NCBI GenBank assembly: GCA_049942965.1
Contig: CP188088.1
Span: forward strand, 90,001 to 122,000
Origin: Candidatus Saccharimonadota bacterium
GTDB taxonomy: Bacteria > Pseudomonadota > Gammaproteobacteria > Enterobacterales > Enterobacteriaceae
Direction: 5' to 3'
DNA: 32,000 bases
A program made the position numbers and the translations under genes. Shown here one piece after another: positions 18,567 through 29,000 of this stretch; within the stretch, counting starts at the first letter, position 1; every line of letters begins with the position of its first letter. The notes under the pieces were generated by a model. It had not been told where the DNA came from. It did no database searches and saw nothing but the letters and a program-made list of their open reading frames with translations.

Positions 18567-18905
18567 TTATAAACAGTGGTTTGGTTTTGGTATTCCGGCT
18601 ATTTTACTAACTTGATTTGACGGTCCTTTGGGAAATAATTTATATAAATAAATACTATTGGATTTTTTATGTCCAAATTTTAGTTTCAGGGACTTAGATA
18701 ACATTTTCATAGAAGGAGTTAATTTAAATTTCAAATAGAAATTTCTTACAAACAAAATTATTTCCCAATGATAAATTGTTAAATTTATTGATTCTTTTTT
18801 TGCAATTTTACAAGCAATTTTTTCATTCCAATTTAAATAATTTTTTAAATAACCATCTGAATTAAAAAAATTGTCTTTTGTTAAATTTTTAAATGTTTTT
18901 TTCAT
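18567..18905 (-). CDS. tusE: Sulfurtransferase TusE (DsrC family; yccK)
   Basis: The ORF is 112 aa. HWEIILFVRNFYLKF, YLYKLFPKGPSNQVSKIAGIPKP and the penultimate Cys (..NHCL) match E. coli TusE ([42 protein letters not shown]). Confidence 0.88.
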   Translation of the reverse strand: MKKTFKNLTKDNFFNSDGYLKNYLNWNEKIACKIAKKESINLTIYHWEIILFVRNFYLKFKLTPSMKMLSKSLKLKFGHKKSNSIYLYKLFPKGPSNQVSKIAGIPKPNHCL

Positions 18906-19100
18906 ATTTTTTATTTTTTATGTTTTTAAGTTTTAGTAATTTTTTATTTATGAATTTATTTGTGTATTTCTAAAAAAGTAATTTTAAATAAATTTTAGTG
19001 CAGTTTTTTTTTAATTGTGTTCTAAAAAATAAAATTATTTTTTTATTATGTATTGTTTATAAAAATATTTTTTTTTATTTTTTGAAATGAAATTTTAACT

Positions 19101-20297
19101 ATGAAAAATTATAACTATAAATTAAGTGAAAAAAATCTTATTTTTATTTTTTGTTTTGTATTTTTTTTAAGAATGTTTGGTTTATTTGTTATTAACCCTA
19201 TCATTCCCGTTTATGGTATAAATCAACTAAAAGTAAACGATTTTTTAGTTGGAATTGCTATAGGAATTTATGGTTTTTTTCAATTTATTTTTCAAATTCC
19301 TTTAGGATTTATTTCAGATATATTTGGTAGAAAAAGAATTATTTTATTTGGTTTAGTTTTATTTTTTATTGGTAGTTTAATTGGTGCAACCACATTTTCT
19401 CTAACTGGTTTAATAATTAGTAGAGCTTTACAAGGAGCTGGTTCTATTTCTTCTATATTAATAGTTTTTATGACAGATTTGATTACAAAAAAAAATCAAA
19501 CTAAATCAATGTTTTTGTTAGGTTTTTCTTTTGTTTGTTCCTTTATTTCATCAATTATTATTGGTCCTATCATTTTTCATCTTTTTGGTTTTCAATTTAT
19601 ATATATTATAATTTCTATATTGAGTTTATTATCTATAGTACTAATTTATTTATTTTTTCCTTCTGATTATTGTTCTTTTTTAAACAAAAATAAAAATAAA
19701 ACAATAAACTATAAGAAAATTTTGAATTTTATTGATGATGATATAAAAGTTTTGTTTTTTAGTATTTTTTTAGTCAATTTTTTATTGACAACAAATTTCA
19801 TAATTTTTTCAAAAGAGCTAATTTTTTTCGGATTTGAAATTAATGATTATTGGAAAATTTATTTGCCAATAATAATTATTGATTTTTTAGCAATATCATT
19901 TTTTATAAAAAAGATAGAAAAATTATTATTTCCAAAAACTATTTTATTACTATTTGTTTGTTTATTGTTCATATCGGAATTGATTTTTTTAAAAAATATT
20001 AATAATAAATTTAATTTTTTTATATATTTAGAATTATTTTTTATATTTTTTAGTTTTTTAGAATTTTATATTCCTTCTTTAATTGGAAAAATTGTTCCTG
20101 TTACATATAAAGGAACAATTATGGGGTTATTTTCTATGTTTCAATTTTTAGGAGCTGCACTAGGAGGTAGTATTGGTGGATTAATTTTAAGTATTTTTCG
20201 AATATATAATGTTGTTTTATTCCTTTCAGGAATCAGTATAATTTGGTTTTTATATATATATTTTTTTTCTTCTTTAATAGTTAACCGAAAAAATTAA
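19101..20297 (+). CDS. yajR: MFS transporter, YajR-like, lacking the C-terminal cytosolic domain
   Basis: The 398-aa ORF has 12 predicted TM segments by eye. Motif A (GFISDIFGRKRII) and IGIAIGIYGFFQFIFQIPLG match E. coli YajR (IGIAIGIYGLTQAVFQIPFG). It is adjacent to the cyo operon, as in E. coli. Confidence 0.82.
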   Translation: MKNYNYKLSEKNLIFIFCFVFFLRMFGLFVINPIIPVYGINQLKVNDFLVGIAIGIYGFFQFIFQIPLGFISDIFGRKRIILFGLVLFFIGSLIGATTFSLTGLIISRALQGAGSISSILIVFMTDLITKKNQTKSMFLLGFSFVCSFISSIIIGPIIFHLFGFQFIYIIISILSLLSIVLIYLFFPSDYCSFLNKNKNKTINYKKILNFIDDDIKVLFFSIFLVNFLLTTNFIIFSKELIFFGFEINDYWKIYLPIIIIDFLAISFFIKKIEKLLFPKTILLLFVCLLFISELIFLKNINNKFNFFIYLELFFIFFSFLEFYIPSLIGKIVPVTYKGTIMGLFSMFQFLGAALGGSIGGLILSIFRIYNVVLFLSGISIIWFLYIYFFSSLIVNRKN

Positions 20298-20299
20298 TT

Positions 20300-20722
20300 T
20301 TAGTGATTTTTTGATTTTATTTTGGATGCAGCTTTGTCTAAAACTCCATTAATAAATTTATGACTATCTTGTGCTCCAAAAGTTTTTGCTAATTCAATTC
20401 CTTCATTAATTGATACTTTATATGGAATATCGTTTCTTATTAAAAGTTCATAAAAAGCAATTCTAAGTATTGTTTTTTCTATCGGATCAACTTGTTTTGA
20501 TGTACGACTTAGATATGGTTGAATTTTTTTGTCGATATAACTGTAGTTTTTTGCTACTCCTAAAATTAATTTTTTAAAATATATAACATCAACATGATTC
20601 ATTTTTTTTTCTTCTAGAAATTGTAACTTTATAATATTAATATCATTTCCAGAGGTTTTCCAAGCATATAACGCTTGTAAAGCGTATCTCCTAGCTTTTC
20701 TTCTTAGTTTAGCATTTATCAT
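20300..20722 (-). CDS. nusB: Transcription antitermination factor NusB
   Basis: The ORF is 140 aa against 139 aa in E. coli. The N-terminus [15 protein letters not shown] and [10 protein letters not shown] are conserved NusB segments. Confidence 0.93.
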   Translation of the reverse strand: MINAKLRRKARRYALQALYAWKTSGNDINIIKLQFLEEKKMNHVDVIYFKKLILGVAKNYSYIDKKIQPYLSRTSKQVDPIEKTILRIAFYELLIRNDIPYKVSINEGIELAKTFGAQDSHKFINGVLDKAASKIKSKNH

Positions 20723-20755
20723 TTTTATTTCTTATGTTTTTATTTAAATTAATTT

Positions 20756-21856
20756 TCAATTGATAGAAATATTTTTTTTTCTAAGTATAATTTTTAAATC
20801 TGAAGCAATTAATTTGATTTTGTGAAATTTAAAATCTTGTTCTTTGTTAACATTTTTTGTCGGATTATTTAACTTAAAAAGTGGTTTTGCTGTTTGACCT
20901 AATATTTTAGGAGATGTATATAAAATTAGTTCATCTATTAATTTTTTTTCTAAAAAATATCCTGCTAGACAAGGTCCAGATTCTATCCAAACTACATTAA
21001 TATTTTTTTTTCCAAAATATTCTAGTAGTTTTTTTATATTTATTTTTTTTTTAAATTTTTTAAAGACTATTTGTTTAACGTGATTAGGCCAGTTTTCTTT
21101 ATCTTTTTTTAATCTTATGATCCAAATTTTTTTTTTATTTTTTATTATTGAGTAATGATTAGGTTTTATTTTATTTTTGTTGTCTATTATTACTAAAATT
21201 GGTTTTTTTGTTTTTTTATTTTTGTTTTTTTGTTTTACATTAAATAATGGATTATCTAATAAAATTGTTTTGCTAGTAGTTAATATAACTTGACTTTGAG
21301 CTCTAAAATTATAGACATCTTCTCTGGATTTTTTACAAGTAATCCATTTACTTTCTCCATTACTAAGGGCTGTTCTACCATCAATAGACATACCTAATTT
21401 TAATTGTATCCATGGTTTTCCTGTTTTCATTCTTGTAAAAAAACCTATATTTATGTCTATAGCTTCTTTTTCTAAAATTCCATTTTTTACTAAAATGCCA
21501 TGTTTTTTTAAATATTTTACTCCATTTCCTGATACTTTTGGATTTGGATCTAATGTTGCAATTATTACTTTTTTTATTCCAGATTCTACTATTTTTTTAC
21601 AACATGGAGGAGTTAATCCTTGATGAGAACAAGGTTCTAATGTAACGTACATGGTTGAGCCACGTGTTTCGTTTTTAGCCATGTTTAAAGCAAATATCTC
21701 AGCATGATGTTCTCCCGTTTTTTGATGCCATCCAAATCCGATGATTTTTTTTTGATTTATTATAATACATCCTACATTTGGATTTGGTGGAGTAGTAAAA
21801 AGACCATTTTTTGCTAATTTTATTGCTTTTGTCATGTAAAAAATATCATTTATCAT
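20756..21856 (-). CDS. ribD: Bifunctional riboflavin biosynthesis protein RibD (deaminase/reductase)
   Basis: The 366-aa ORF is a single fused frame. The deaminase Zn motifs HAE and PCSHQGLTPPCC are present, along with FTTPPNPNVGC and the reductase segment QLKLGMSIDGRTA..GESKWIT. It is colinear with E. coli RibD (367 aa). Confidence 0.93.
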   Translation of the reverse strand: MINDIFYMTKAIKLAKNGLFTTPPNPNVGCIIINQKKIIGFGWHQKTGEHHAEIFALNMAKNETRGSTMYVTLEPCSHQGLTPPCCKKIVESGIKKVIIATLDPNPKVSGNGVKYLKKHGILVKNGILEKEAIDINIGFFTRMKTGKPWIQLKLGMSIDGRTALSNGESKWITCKKSREDVYNFRAQSQVILTTSKTILLDNPLFNVKQKNKNKKTKKPILVIIDNKNKIKPNHYSIIKNKKKIWIIRLKKDKENWPNHVKQIVFKKFKKKINIKKLLEYFGKKNINVVWIESGPCLAGYFLEKKLIDELILYTSPKILGQTAKPLFKLNNPTKNVNKEQDFKFHKIKLIASDLKIILRKKNISIN

Positions 21857-21990
21857 GTTTTTTAGTATTTTTGATTTATAAAAAATAAAATTTATTTTTT
21901 TAAATTTTCATTTTGTATGTTTTAGTTTTAATGTTTATTAAGTTTTGTTAATTATAACTACTAGATCATTTATGTTTTATTATATTATGT

Positions 21991-22479
21991 TCAAACATTC
22001 TTTTTCATAATTGAAATTAAATTTAAAATTTCTAATGCACAAATAGCTGATTCATGTCCTTTATTTCCTAGTTTTGAACCAGCTCTTTCAATTGCTTGTT
22101 CAACATTTTTGGTCATTAACAATCCTAATATTATTGGTATTGAATATTTTAAACTAATTTTCATTAAAAAATTACTTATAGACTTAGATATATAATTAAA
22201 ATGATAAGTGTTCCCTTTTATCAAGGTTCCTAGAACTATAAATGCTTCAAATTGATTTGGAAATGTTTCTATTATTTTTTTTGTGATTATTGGAATTTCG
22301 TGTGCTCCTGGAACTTTAAAAATAGAAATATTTTCATTTTCAATTTTTCCAATTCTTGTTAAGGTATCTATAGCTGAATTTAATAAATTTTTATTTATAA
22401 AATAATTAAATCTAGAAATTATAATTGCTATTTTAGTTTTTTTGTTATTTATAACAATACCACTTTCAAAAATTTTCAT
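21991..22479 (-). CDS. ribH: 6,7-dimethyl-8-ribityllumazine synthase
   Basis: From the ATG at 22479 the ORF is 162 aa. KIAIIISRFNYFINKNLLNSAIDTL, VPGAHEIP and VEQAIERAGSKLGNKGHESA match E. coli RibE/RibH. The 68 extra N-terminal residues in the ORF track are antisense to the tRNA and are spurious. Confidence 0.92.
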   Translation of the reverse strand: MKIFESGIVINNKKTKIAIIISRFNYFINKNLLNSAIDTLTRIGKIENENISIFKVPGAHEIPIITKKIIETFPNQFEAFIVLGTLIKGNTYHFNYISKSISNFLMKISLKYSIPIILGLLMTKNVEQAIERAGSKLGNKGHESAICALEILNLISIMKKNV

Positions 22480-22609
22480 TATAAAGTTGCTTACAATTGT
22501 TTGTATACATAATAATAATGACATTATACATAAATATTTTAAAAAAAGTAAAAATACTTTTAATAAAAATGTTGCTATTTTAGTTTTATTATCGTATGAT
22601 AAATAGTAT

Positions 22610-22686
<77 letters not shown>

Positions 22687-22810
22687 AAAATTATAACTCT
22701 CATTTCTTAAAAAAATTCTTTTTTAGCTTTTATTCCTAATAACTTTAAATCAAAAAAAAACAATAAACATTATTTTTATTTATGAAAAATGAAAGGTTCA
22801 AGAACAATTT

Positions 22811-24139
22811 ATGAATAAAAAAAACACAGAACTAATAACTGAATTTCGACAAATTTTTCCATATATTAATGCTCATAGAGGAAAAATTTTTGTTATTATG
22901 TTATCCAGTGAAGTCATAAAAAATGAAAATTTTTCAGAAATCATTAGTGACATTGGATTATTACATAGTTTAGGCATTTCTTTAGTTTTAGTTTATGGTG
23001 TATCTTTGCAAATTAATAGTTTTTTATCTAAACTTAAAATTAAGAAATTTTATCATAAAAATATTAGGATAACTGATCTTAAATCTCTTTTATGTGTTAA
23101 GAGAGAGTCTGGTAGATTACAATTAGAAATTACAGCTTTGCTTTCCATGAGTTTAAGTAATACTCCTTTAGAAGGAGCAGACATAAGTGTAGTAAGTGGA
23201 AATTTTATTATAGCTCAACCACTTGGAATAGACGATGGAGTTGACTATTTACACAGTGGTAAAATAAGAAAAATCAATAGAAAATTAATTCTAAAACAAT
23301 TAGATATTGGTTCAATTGTATTAATTGGTCCTGTAGCTGTTTCTGTTACTGGAGAAAGTTTTAATTTGATTTCTGAAGAAATAGCAACTGCATTATCAAT
23401 TCAGCTAAAAGCAGAAAAATTAATTGGGTTTTGCGAAAAACAGGGATTAGTAGACGAATATGGAAATGTTATTTCTGAATTATTTCCTAGTGAAGTAGAA
23501 AAAATAATAAATGAAAATAAATATAAAAAAAACTTTATTTCTTCTAGTGTAATTCGTTTTTTGAAAGGTTCTATAGAGGCTTGTAAAAATAAAGTTCCTA
23601 GAAGTCATTTAATAAGTTATTTAAAACATGGTTCTTTATTACAAGAATTATTTTCTAGAGATGGAATAGGAAGTCAAATCGTTGTGGAGTCGACAGAAAA
23701 AATCAGAAAGGCGGTTATAGGAGATATTGGTGGAATATTAAATTTGATTAAACCTTTGGAAAAGAAAAGAATTTTAGTAAGAAGATCTAGAGAACAACTA
23801 GAGTTCGAAATAGATAAGTTCATCGTTATCAAACAAGATAATTTAACTATAGGATGTGCTGCATTATATCCTTTCTTAAAAGAAAAAATTGGAGAAATGG
23901 CTTGTTTAGTTGTTCATCCAGATTATCGTAGTTCTTCTCGTGGAGAAATTCTATTAAAAAAAATTATATTTGAAGCAAAAAATATAAATTTAAAAAAAAT
24001 TTTTGTACTTACTGTTCAAAGTTTTCATTGGTTTCAAGAAAGAGGTTTTTTTTTAGTAAATATAGATTCTTTACCGGAAAGTAAAAAAAAAATGTATAAT
24101 TATCAAAGAAATTCTAAAGTTTTAATGTACGAATTATAG
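22811..24139 (+). CDS. argA: N-acetylglutamate synthase
   Basis: The ORF is 442 aa against 443 aa in E. coli. FRQIFPYINAHRGKIFVIML, GPVAVSVTGESFNL, LFSRDGIGSQIV and the GNAT segment GEMACLVVHPDYRSSSRGE are colinear with E. coli ArgA. Confidence 0.95.
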   Translation: MNKKNTELITEFRQIFPYINAHRGKIFVIMLSSEVIKNENFSEIISDIGLLHSLGISLVLVYGVSLQINSFLSKLKIKKFYHKNIRITDLKSLLCVKRESGRLQLEITALLSMSLSNTPLEGADISVVSGNFIIAQPLGIDDGVDYLHSGKIRKINRKLILKQLDIGSIVLIGPVAVSVTGESFNLISEEIATALSIQLKAEKLIGFCEKQGLVDEYGNVISELFPSEVEKIINENKYKKNFISSSVIRFLKGSIEACKNKVPRSHLISYLKHGSLLQELFSRDGIGSQIVVESTEKIRKAVIGDIGGILNLIKPLEKKRILVRRSREQLEFEIDKFIVIKQDNLTIGCAALYPFLKEKIGEMACLVVHPDYRSSSRGEILLKKIIFEAKNINLKKIFVLTVQSFHWFQERGFFLVNIDSLPESKKKMYNYQRNSKVLMYEL

Positions 24140-24165
24140 TTTTTAAAAAATTAATAAAAAAATTT

Positions 24166-26028
24166 TTATTTATAAAAATTTTTTATTTTTTTTATTAAAC
24201 TAGAGGTTCTATTTGTTTTGTTTTTTATCGATTTTTTAAAAATTTTTTTATTTGAGAATATATTTAAAGTATCTTTAGATCTAGTTATTCCAGTATATAT
24301 TAGTTCTTTTGTTAATATTTTATTAAATTTTTCAGGAAAAATTAAATTTGAATGAAAACATTCTGATCCTTGAGATTTGTGTACAGTAATTGTCCAAGCG
24401 GTTTTATATTTTGGTAAGATGTTTATTGGAATGATCTTTTCTTTTTCATTAGAAGATAAAAAATGTGCTTTTGGTTTGTTTAACTTATCAATTAATATTA
24501 TTCCGATTTCTCCGTTTGATAAATTTAAAGAGTAGTTATTTTTACATATTATTATTGGTTTTCCGTTGTATATATAAGAATTGTTGTTGAAATTATTATC
24601 ATATTGTATTATTTTTTTTTCTTTCATTTTTTTTTCTAAATTTATATTTATTAAATTTGTTCCAAAAATTCCATTTTTTAAAACTGTAAGATTTTTATAA
24701 TAAAGAAAATTTATTAGGATATCTTTGGTTTTTCCTTCTTTTTTAATTAAATTCCAATAATTAGAGTATTGTGAAACTATTTTTTCTAACAAAAAATTAT
24801 ATTGTCTAAAATTTTCTATTTTATAGAAAAATATTTTTTTTAATTTATTTTTTTTTGATTTGAGAAATAAATTAAAATTTTCTTTTTTTATAGAATTAGC
24901 TAATTTGTGAATTTCAGATTTTTTAGAAAAACGATAATTATTTTTCAAAAGATATATATTATCACTAATTGTTTGTTTTTTTTGATTTGTAGTCTTGATT
25001 TTTAAATTAGTAAGTTTTTTTAAAATACTTGCATATTTTATACTATATGCATTTTTTTTAGAAAAATAACTTATATCTTTTAGAATTTGTCCATTTCCTA
25101 TAGGAGGAATTTGATTAACATCTCCTAAAAATAAAACTGAGGTTTTTTTTTTTAAAGATAAAATCAGTTTCTCCATCATAAACAAATCTAGCATTGATGC
25201 TTCATCTACAACTAAGAAATCTAAATTTATTAAATTTTTTTTATTAAAACGTGGTTGTTCATTATCTATTCTAATTTTTAATAATTGATGTATTGTACAA
25301 ATATCCTCATCTAAGTTTATTTTTTTTTTTACTTCTTTTAGAGATACAAAATCTAACTCTTTTTGAATTGATTCTTTTAATCTATTAATTGCTTTTCCTG
25401 TAGGAGCAACAATTTTTATTTTAATTTTTTTTTTATTATATAATTGTATAATAGCAATTAAAAATTTTGTAATAATAGTTGTTTTTCCTGTTCCTGGTCC
25501 TCCGATAATAAATGATACTTTTTTTGTTAATGCTATAGCTATAGCAATTTTTCGTGTTTCATCTTTTTTTTTAAATATATTATTTAATATAATAGAACAC
25601 TTTGCTATTTTTTTTTGTGTGATTTTTTTTTCTTTTTTTATAAGAAAATTGAAAATATTGTTTTCAGCTTTCCAAGATTTATATAGATAAAAGGAATTAT
25701 TTGAAAAAATTAAAGGAGTAATTCTTGATCCATTACTTATAGATTTACTATTTAAAATTTTTTTTTTCCAATTTTTAAAACAAAACGGTTTATTTTTTTT
25801 TTTGTTTTTTAAAATACAAATTTCTTTTTTCATTTTTGTAATTTTTTTTTTTATTTTTTTTACTTTTATACAAGTATGTCCCATATTTGTTTCAAAACTA
25901 GTAAAAGCAGCAATTAATGCAATATTAAGATTTTCTTTTTTTGAAACAAAATATGCAAATTGAGCATCTATTTCTTGAATTTTTTTTCTTTTTATTATTT
26001 GTTGCATAATTTCTTCTATGTTTTTCAT
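24166..26028 (-). CDS. recD: Exodeoxyribonuclease V alpha subunit RecD
   Basis: The 620-aa ORF has SF1 helicase motifs Walker A GGPGTGKTT, Walker B LVVDEASMLD and TVHKSQGSE. It is convergent with argA and lies downstream of recB, as in E. coli. Confidence 0.92.
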   Translation of the reverse strand: MKNIEEIMQQIIKRKKIQEIDAQFAYFVSKKENLNIALIAAFTSFETNMGHTCIKVKKIKKKITKMKKEICILKNKKKNKPFCFKNWKKKILNSKSISNGSRITPLIFSNNSFYLYKSWKAENNIFNFLIKKEKKITQKKIAKCSIILNNIFKKKDETRKIAIAIALTKKVSFIIGGPGTGKTTIITKFLIAIIQLYNKKKIKIKIVAPTGKAINRLKESIQKELDFVSLKEVKKKINLDEDICTIHQLLKIRIDNEQPRFNKKNLINLDFLVVDEASMLDLFMMEKLILSLKKKTSVLFLGDVNQIPPIGNGQILKDISYFSKKNAYSIKYASILKKLTNLKIKTTNQKKQTISDNIYLLKNNYRFSKKSEIHKLANSIKKENFNLFLKSKKNKLKKIFFYKIENFRQYNFLLEKIVSQYSNYWNLIKKEGKTKDILINFLYYKNLTVLKNGIFGTNLININLEKKMKEKKIIQYDNNFNNNSYIYNGKPIIICKNNYSLNLSNGEIGIILIDKLNKPKAHFLSSNEKEKIIPINILPKYKTAWTITVHKSQGSECFHSNLIFPEKFNKILTKELIYTGITRSKDTLNIFSNKKIFKKSIKNKTNRTSSLIKKIKNFYK

Positions 26029-26046
26029 GTTTTACGTTTCTTTTGA

Positions 26047-29000
26047 TTAAAATAATTTTGCTAGTTCTTTCATTTGATTTTTTTTTGTATTTGTTTTGAA
26101 TATTCCATATTTATGGTCTATATCTTTATCGACAGCTCTAATAAAAAAATAAATAATTCCACCAAAATGTTTTTCAAAATTATAATTTTTAATCTTATGT
26201 TTTAAATATCTATGAACTGCTAATGAATAAATTTGATATTGTAAACAATATTGGTTTTTTACCATAGCTAATTGAATATTTTTAATTGAATAACATTCTT
26301 TATTATTTCCTAACCAATTGGATTTGTAATCTAATATATAGTATTTCTTTTTCCATAAGAAAACTAAATCAATTGATCCTGTAATTATTCCTGTTGTTTT
26401 ACTAAATATCAGACTAGAAGTAGAACTAGAAAGTTTGTCGAATTTTTTTATTGTCGTGAATAATTTTTTTTTAGTAAGAATTTTTTTAATTGGTAAAAAA
26501 AAATTTAGTTCTTTTACATATTCATTTTTTTTTAGATTTGATAATGATAATGATTCTTTATTGAGATCAGTAGAAATAATATTTATCATCCACTTTAATA
26601 GAATTTTTGTATATTTTGTTTCTAAGTTGTATTCAATTAATTTTTCTTCAATGTATTTTTCTGTGATTGGTTCTGAAAAGTTAATTTCTTTAAGAATTTC
26701 GTGTATTAATAATCCGGACTTTAATCCTCTAGGAAATGAATTTTGATTTAAGTTAATTTCATTTTTCTTTGGAATGGATTTAAAAAAAAGACAATTGTTT
26801 ATTTGTAACTTTTTTTGTTTTTTTTTTTGATTTTCTTTTTTTATTTTTGAATAACTTATAACAGAAAAATATTTTTTTTTTAAATTAATTTTTGTTTTAT
26901 TTTTTTTGAAAAAAATAAGAACATTTTGTTGTTTAGTTTCTATTTTTTTTTCTTCTAAAGTTATTTTTATATATTTTTTTATTTTTTTAGTTTCTTTTAA
27001 AAATTCCTCAGCAGTTAGTTTTTTTCCTTTTTGAATCAAATATCCAATTGAGGTATTGTGCATTTCTGAATTTAATTCTGAATTTATATTTTTTTTTTGT
27101 TGAATTTCTACTCCTAAAACACTATGTAAAATAGATCTAGTTAAAGCTACATATAGTAATCGTAAATCTTCAGATAGTCGTTCTGAATTAAACAATGAAA
27201 AATTGTTCATTGAAATCGTTTTTTTAATGTCTTTTTTATTTTTTTTTGTTTCGTTTTTAGGTTCTAAAAACGAATATTTAAAAATAGAATTGTAGCTTGT
27301 GGAGAATGGAATTAATACAATTGGAAATTCCAACCCTTTTGATGCATGTATGTTAATAATTTTAATATAATCATCATTATAAATATTTTTTATAATTTCT
27401 TTTTTTTTAGCGTTTTTATTATTAAAAAAAATTTTTTTTTCTAACCAACTTATTAGCAAATTTTTATTTTTTAAAACAGTTGATTTTTTTTGTAATAGTT
27501 CTCCTATATGTAACAAATTTGTGATTTGTTTTTTTTTTTCATTAGTGTTTTTTGGATCTAGTTCATTGTTGTCATTTATAAATTCTTGAAACATTTTATA
27601 AATGCCATGTTTTTTCCAAATAAATTTGTAGTTATGAAATTTTTCTTTCCAGTTGGATTTTTTTTTATATTTGCTGGAAATTAGTTCTAAATCATAAATA
27701 TTTTGATTCATTAAATTGGTTGATAATGCAAACATAATTTGTTTATCGCAATAATTATTTAAAATAGATTTTAAAATAACTAATATTTCTTTAGCTTCTG
27801 AAGTTGTATAAACAGATCTCTTTTCTGAGATATATGTATTTTCAATTTCAAGTTTATTTAGTTCTTTTTGTATTATTTTGTTTTCTGTTTTATTTCTAAC
27901 TAATATTGTTATATCTTTTTTTCTTATTTTATGTATTTTTTTTTTTAAATTAATTTGATATTTTATTTTTTTATTATTAATCCAATTGAATATTTTTATT
28001 GCAAATTGTTTGGCTAACCATTTTTTTGCAAGATTTTTTCTTTTAATTTTTTTAGGAACAATTATCATTTCTATTGCAGTTTGTTTTTTTTTATTTTTTA
28101 AAAAGTTTATTGATTGATTTTTGTTAAAAGGAAGAGATGGCGAGAATTTAATTTCTTTTAATAAAAATGGATTTTTTACTCTTGAAAATAGAAAGTTTAT
28201 TGTTTCCACCATCTTTTTAGATGATCTAAAATTGGTATTTAATTGATAATAGGATTTAATTTCTTTTTTTGCTTTTAAATAAACATTTATGTCAGAGCCA
28301 CGAAAACTATAAATAGATTGTTTAGGGTCTCCAATTATTATCATTGATGTTGTTTTATCGTTCAAATATATTTTCTTAAAAATATTAAATTGATTTAAAT
28401 CAGTATCTTGAAACTCGTCTATGAAAGCTATTGGATACTTTTTTTTAATTTCATTTAAGATTTTTTTTTTATTTAAAAGTTTGTAAAACCAATTGATTAA
28501 ATCATCAAATTCATATAAAGAATGTTTAATTTTTTTTTGTTTTATAATTTCTGGAATTTCATTTAAAGATTGAATAAAAAAAAAATTTTCAATAGAATTG
28601 TTTTTGTTTAAAAAATATTCTATTTCTTGAAATAAATGTGTTTTTTTAATTTCAGTTGGTTTAATTTCAATGTTTTTTAATAAAAAACGACCTAGTTCGT
28701 TTGGAATTTTATAGTTAATTAAATTACTTGAAGCCCAATTATCAATTTGATTAATCCATCTAGAAACGTTTCTTTTATTATATATTTTTTTATTTACATG
28801 ATTATTTTTTAAATATGAAATTATTTTTTCTTTTTTTAATATCCATCTTTTTTTAAAATAAGAAATTTTCCTTTTTATTTGATTACATTTTTTAAAGAAA
28901 TTGAAATTATTGTTATTATGAATTTTTCTTTTGTCTTTTATTGTTCGATGTATATCTTTTAGTAATTTTTGTGGATTTTTCCATTTATTTAAAATAATTT

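Noticed and set aside
24153-24187. An A/T-only imperfect palindrome (aataaaaaaatttttat / tataaaaattttttatt) between argA and recD as a bidirectional terminator
   Set aside because: The stem would be entirely A-T with a bulge. Each arm is itself self-complementary low-complexity sequence. Such palindromes are expected by chance at this composition.
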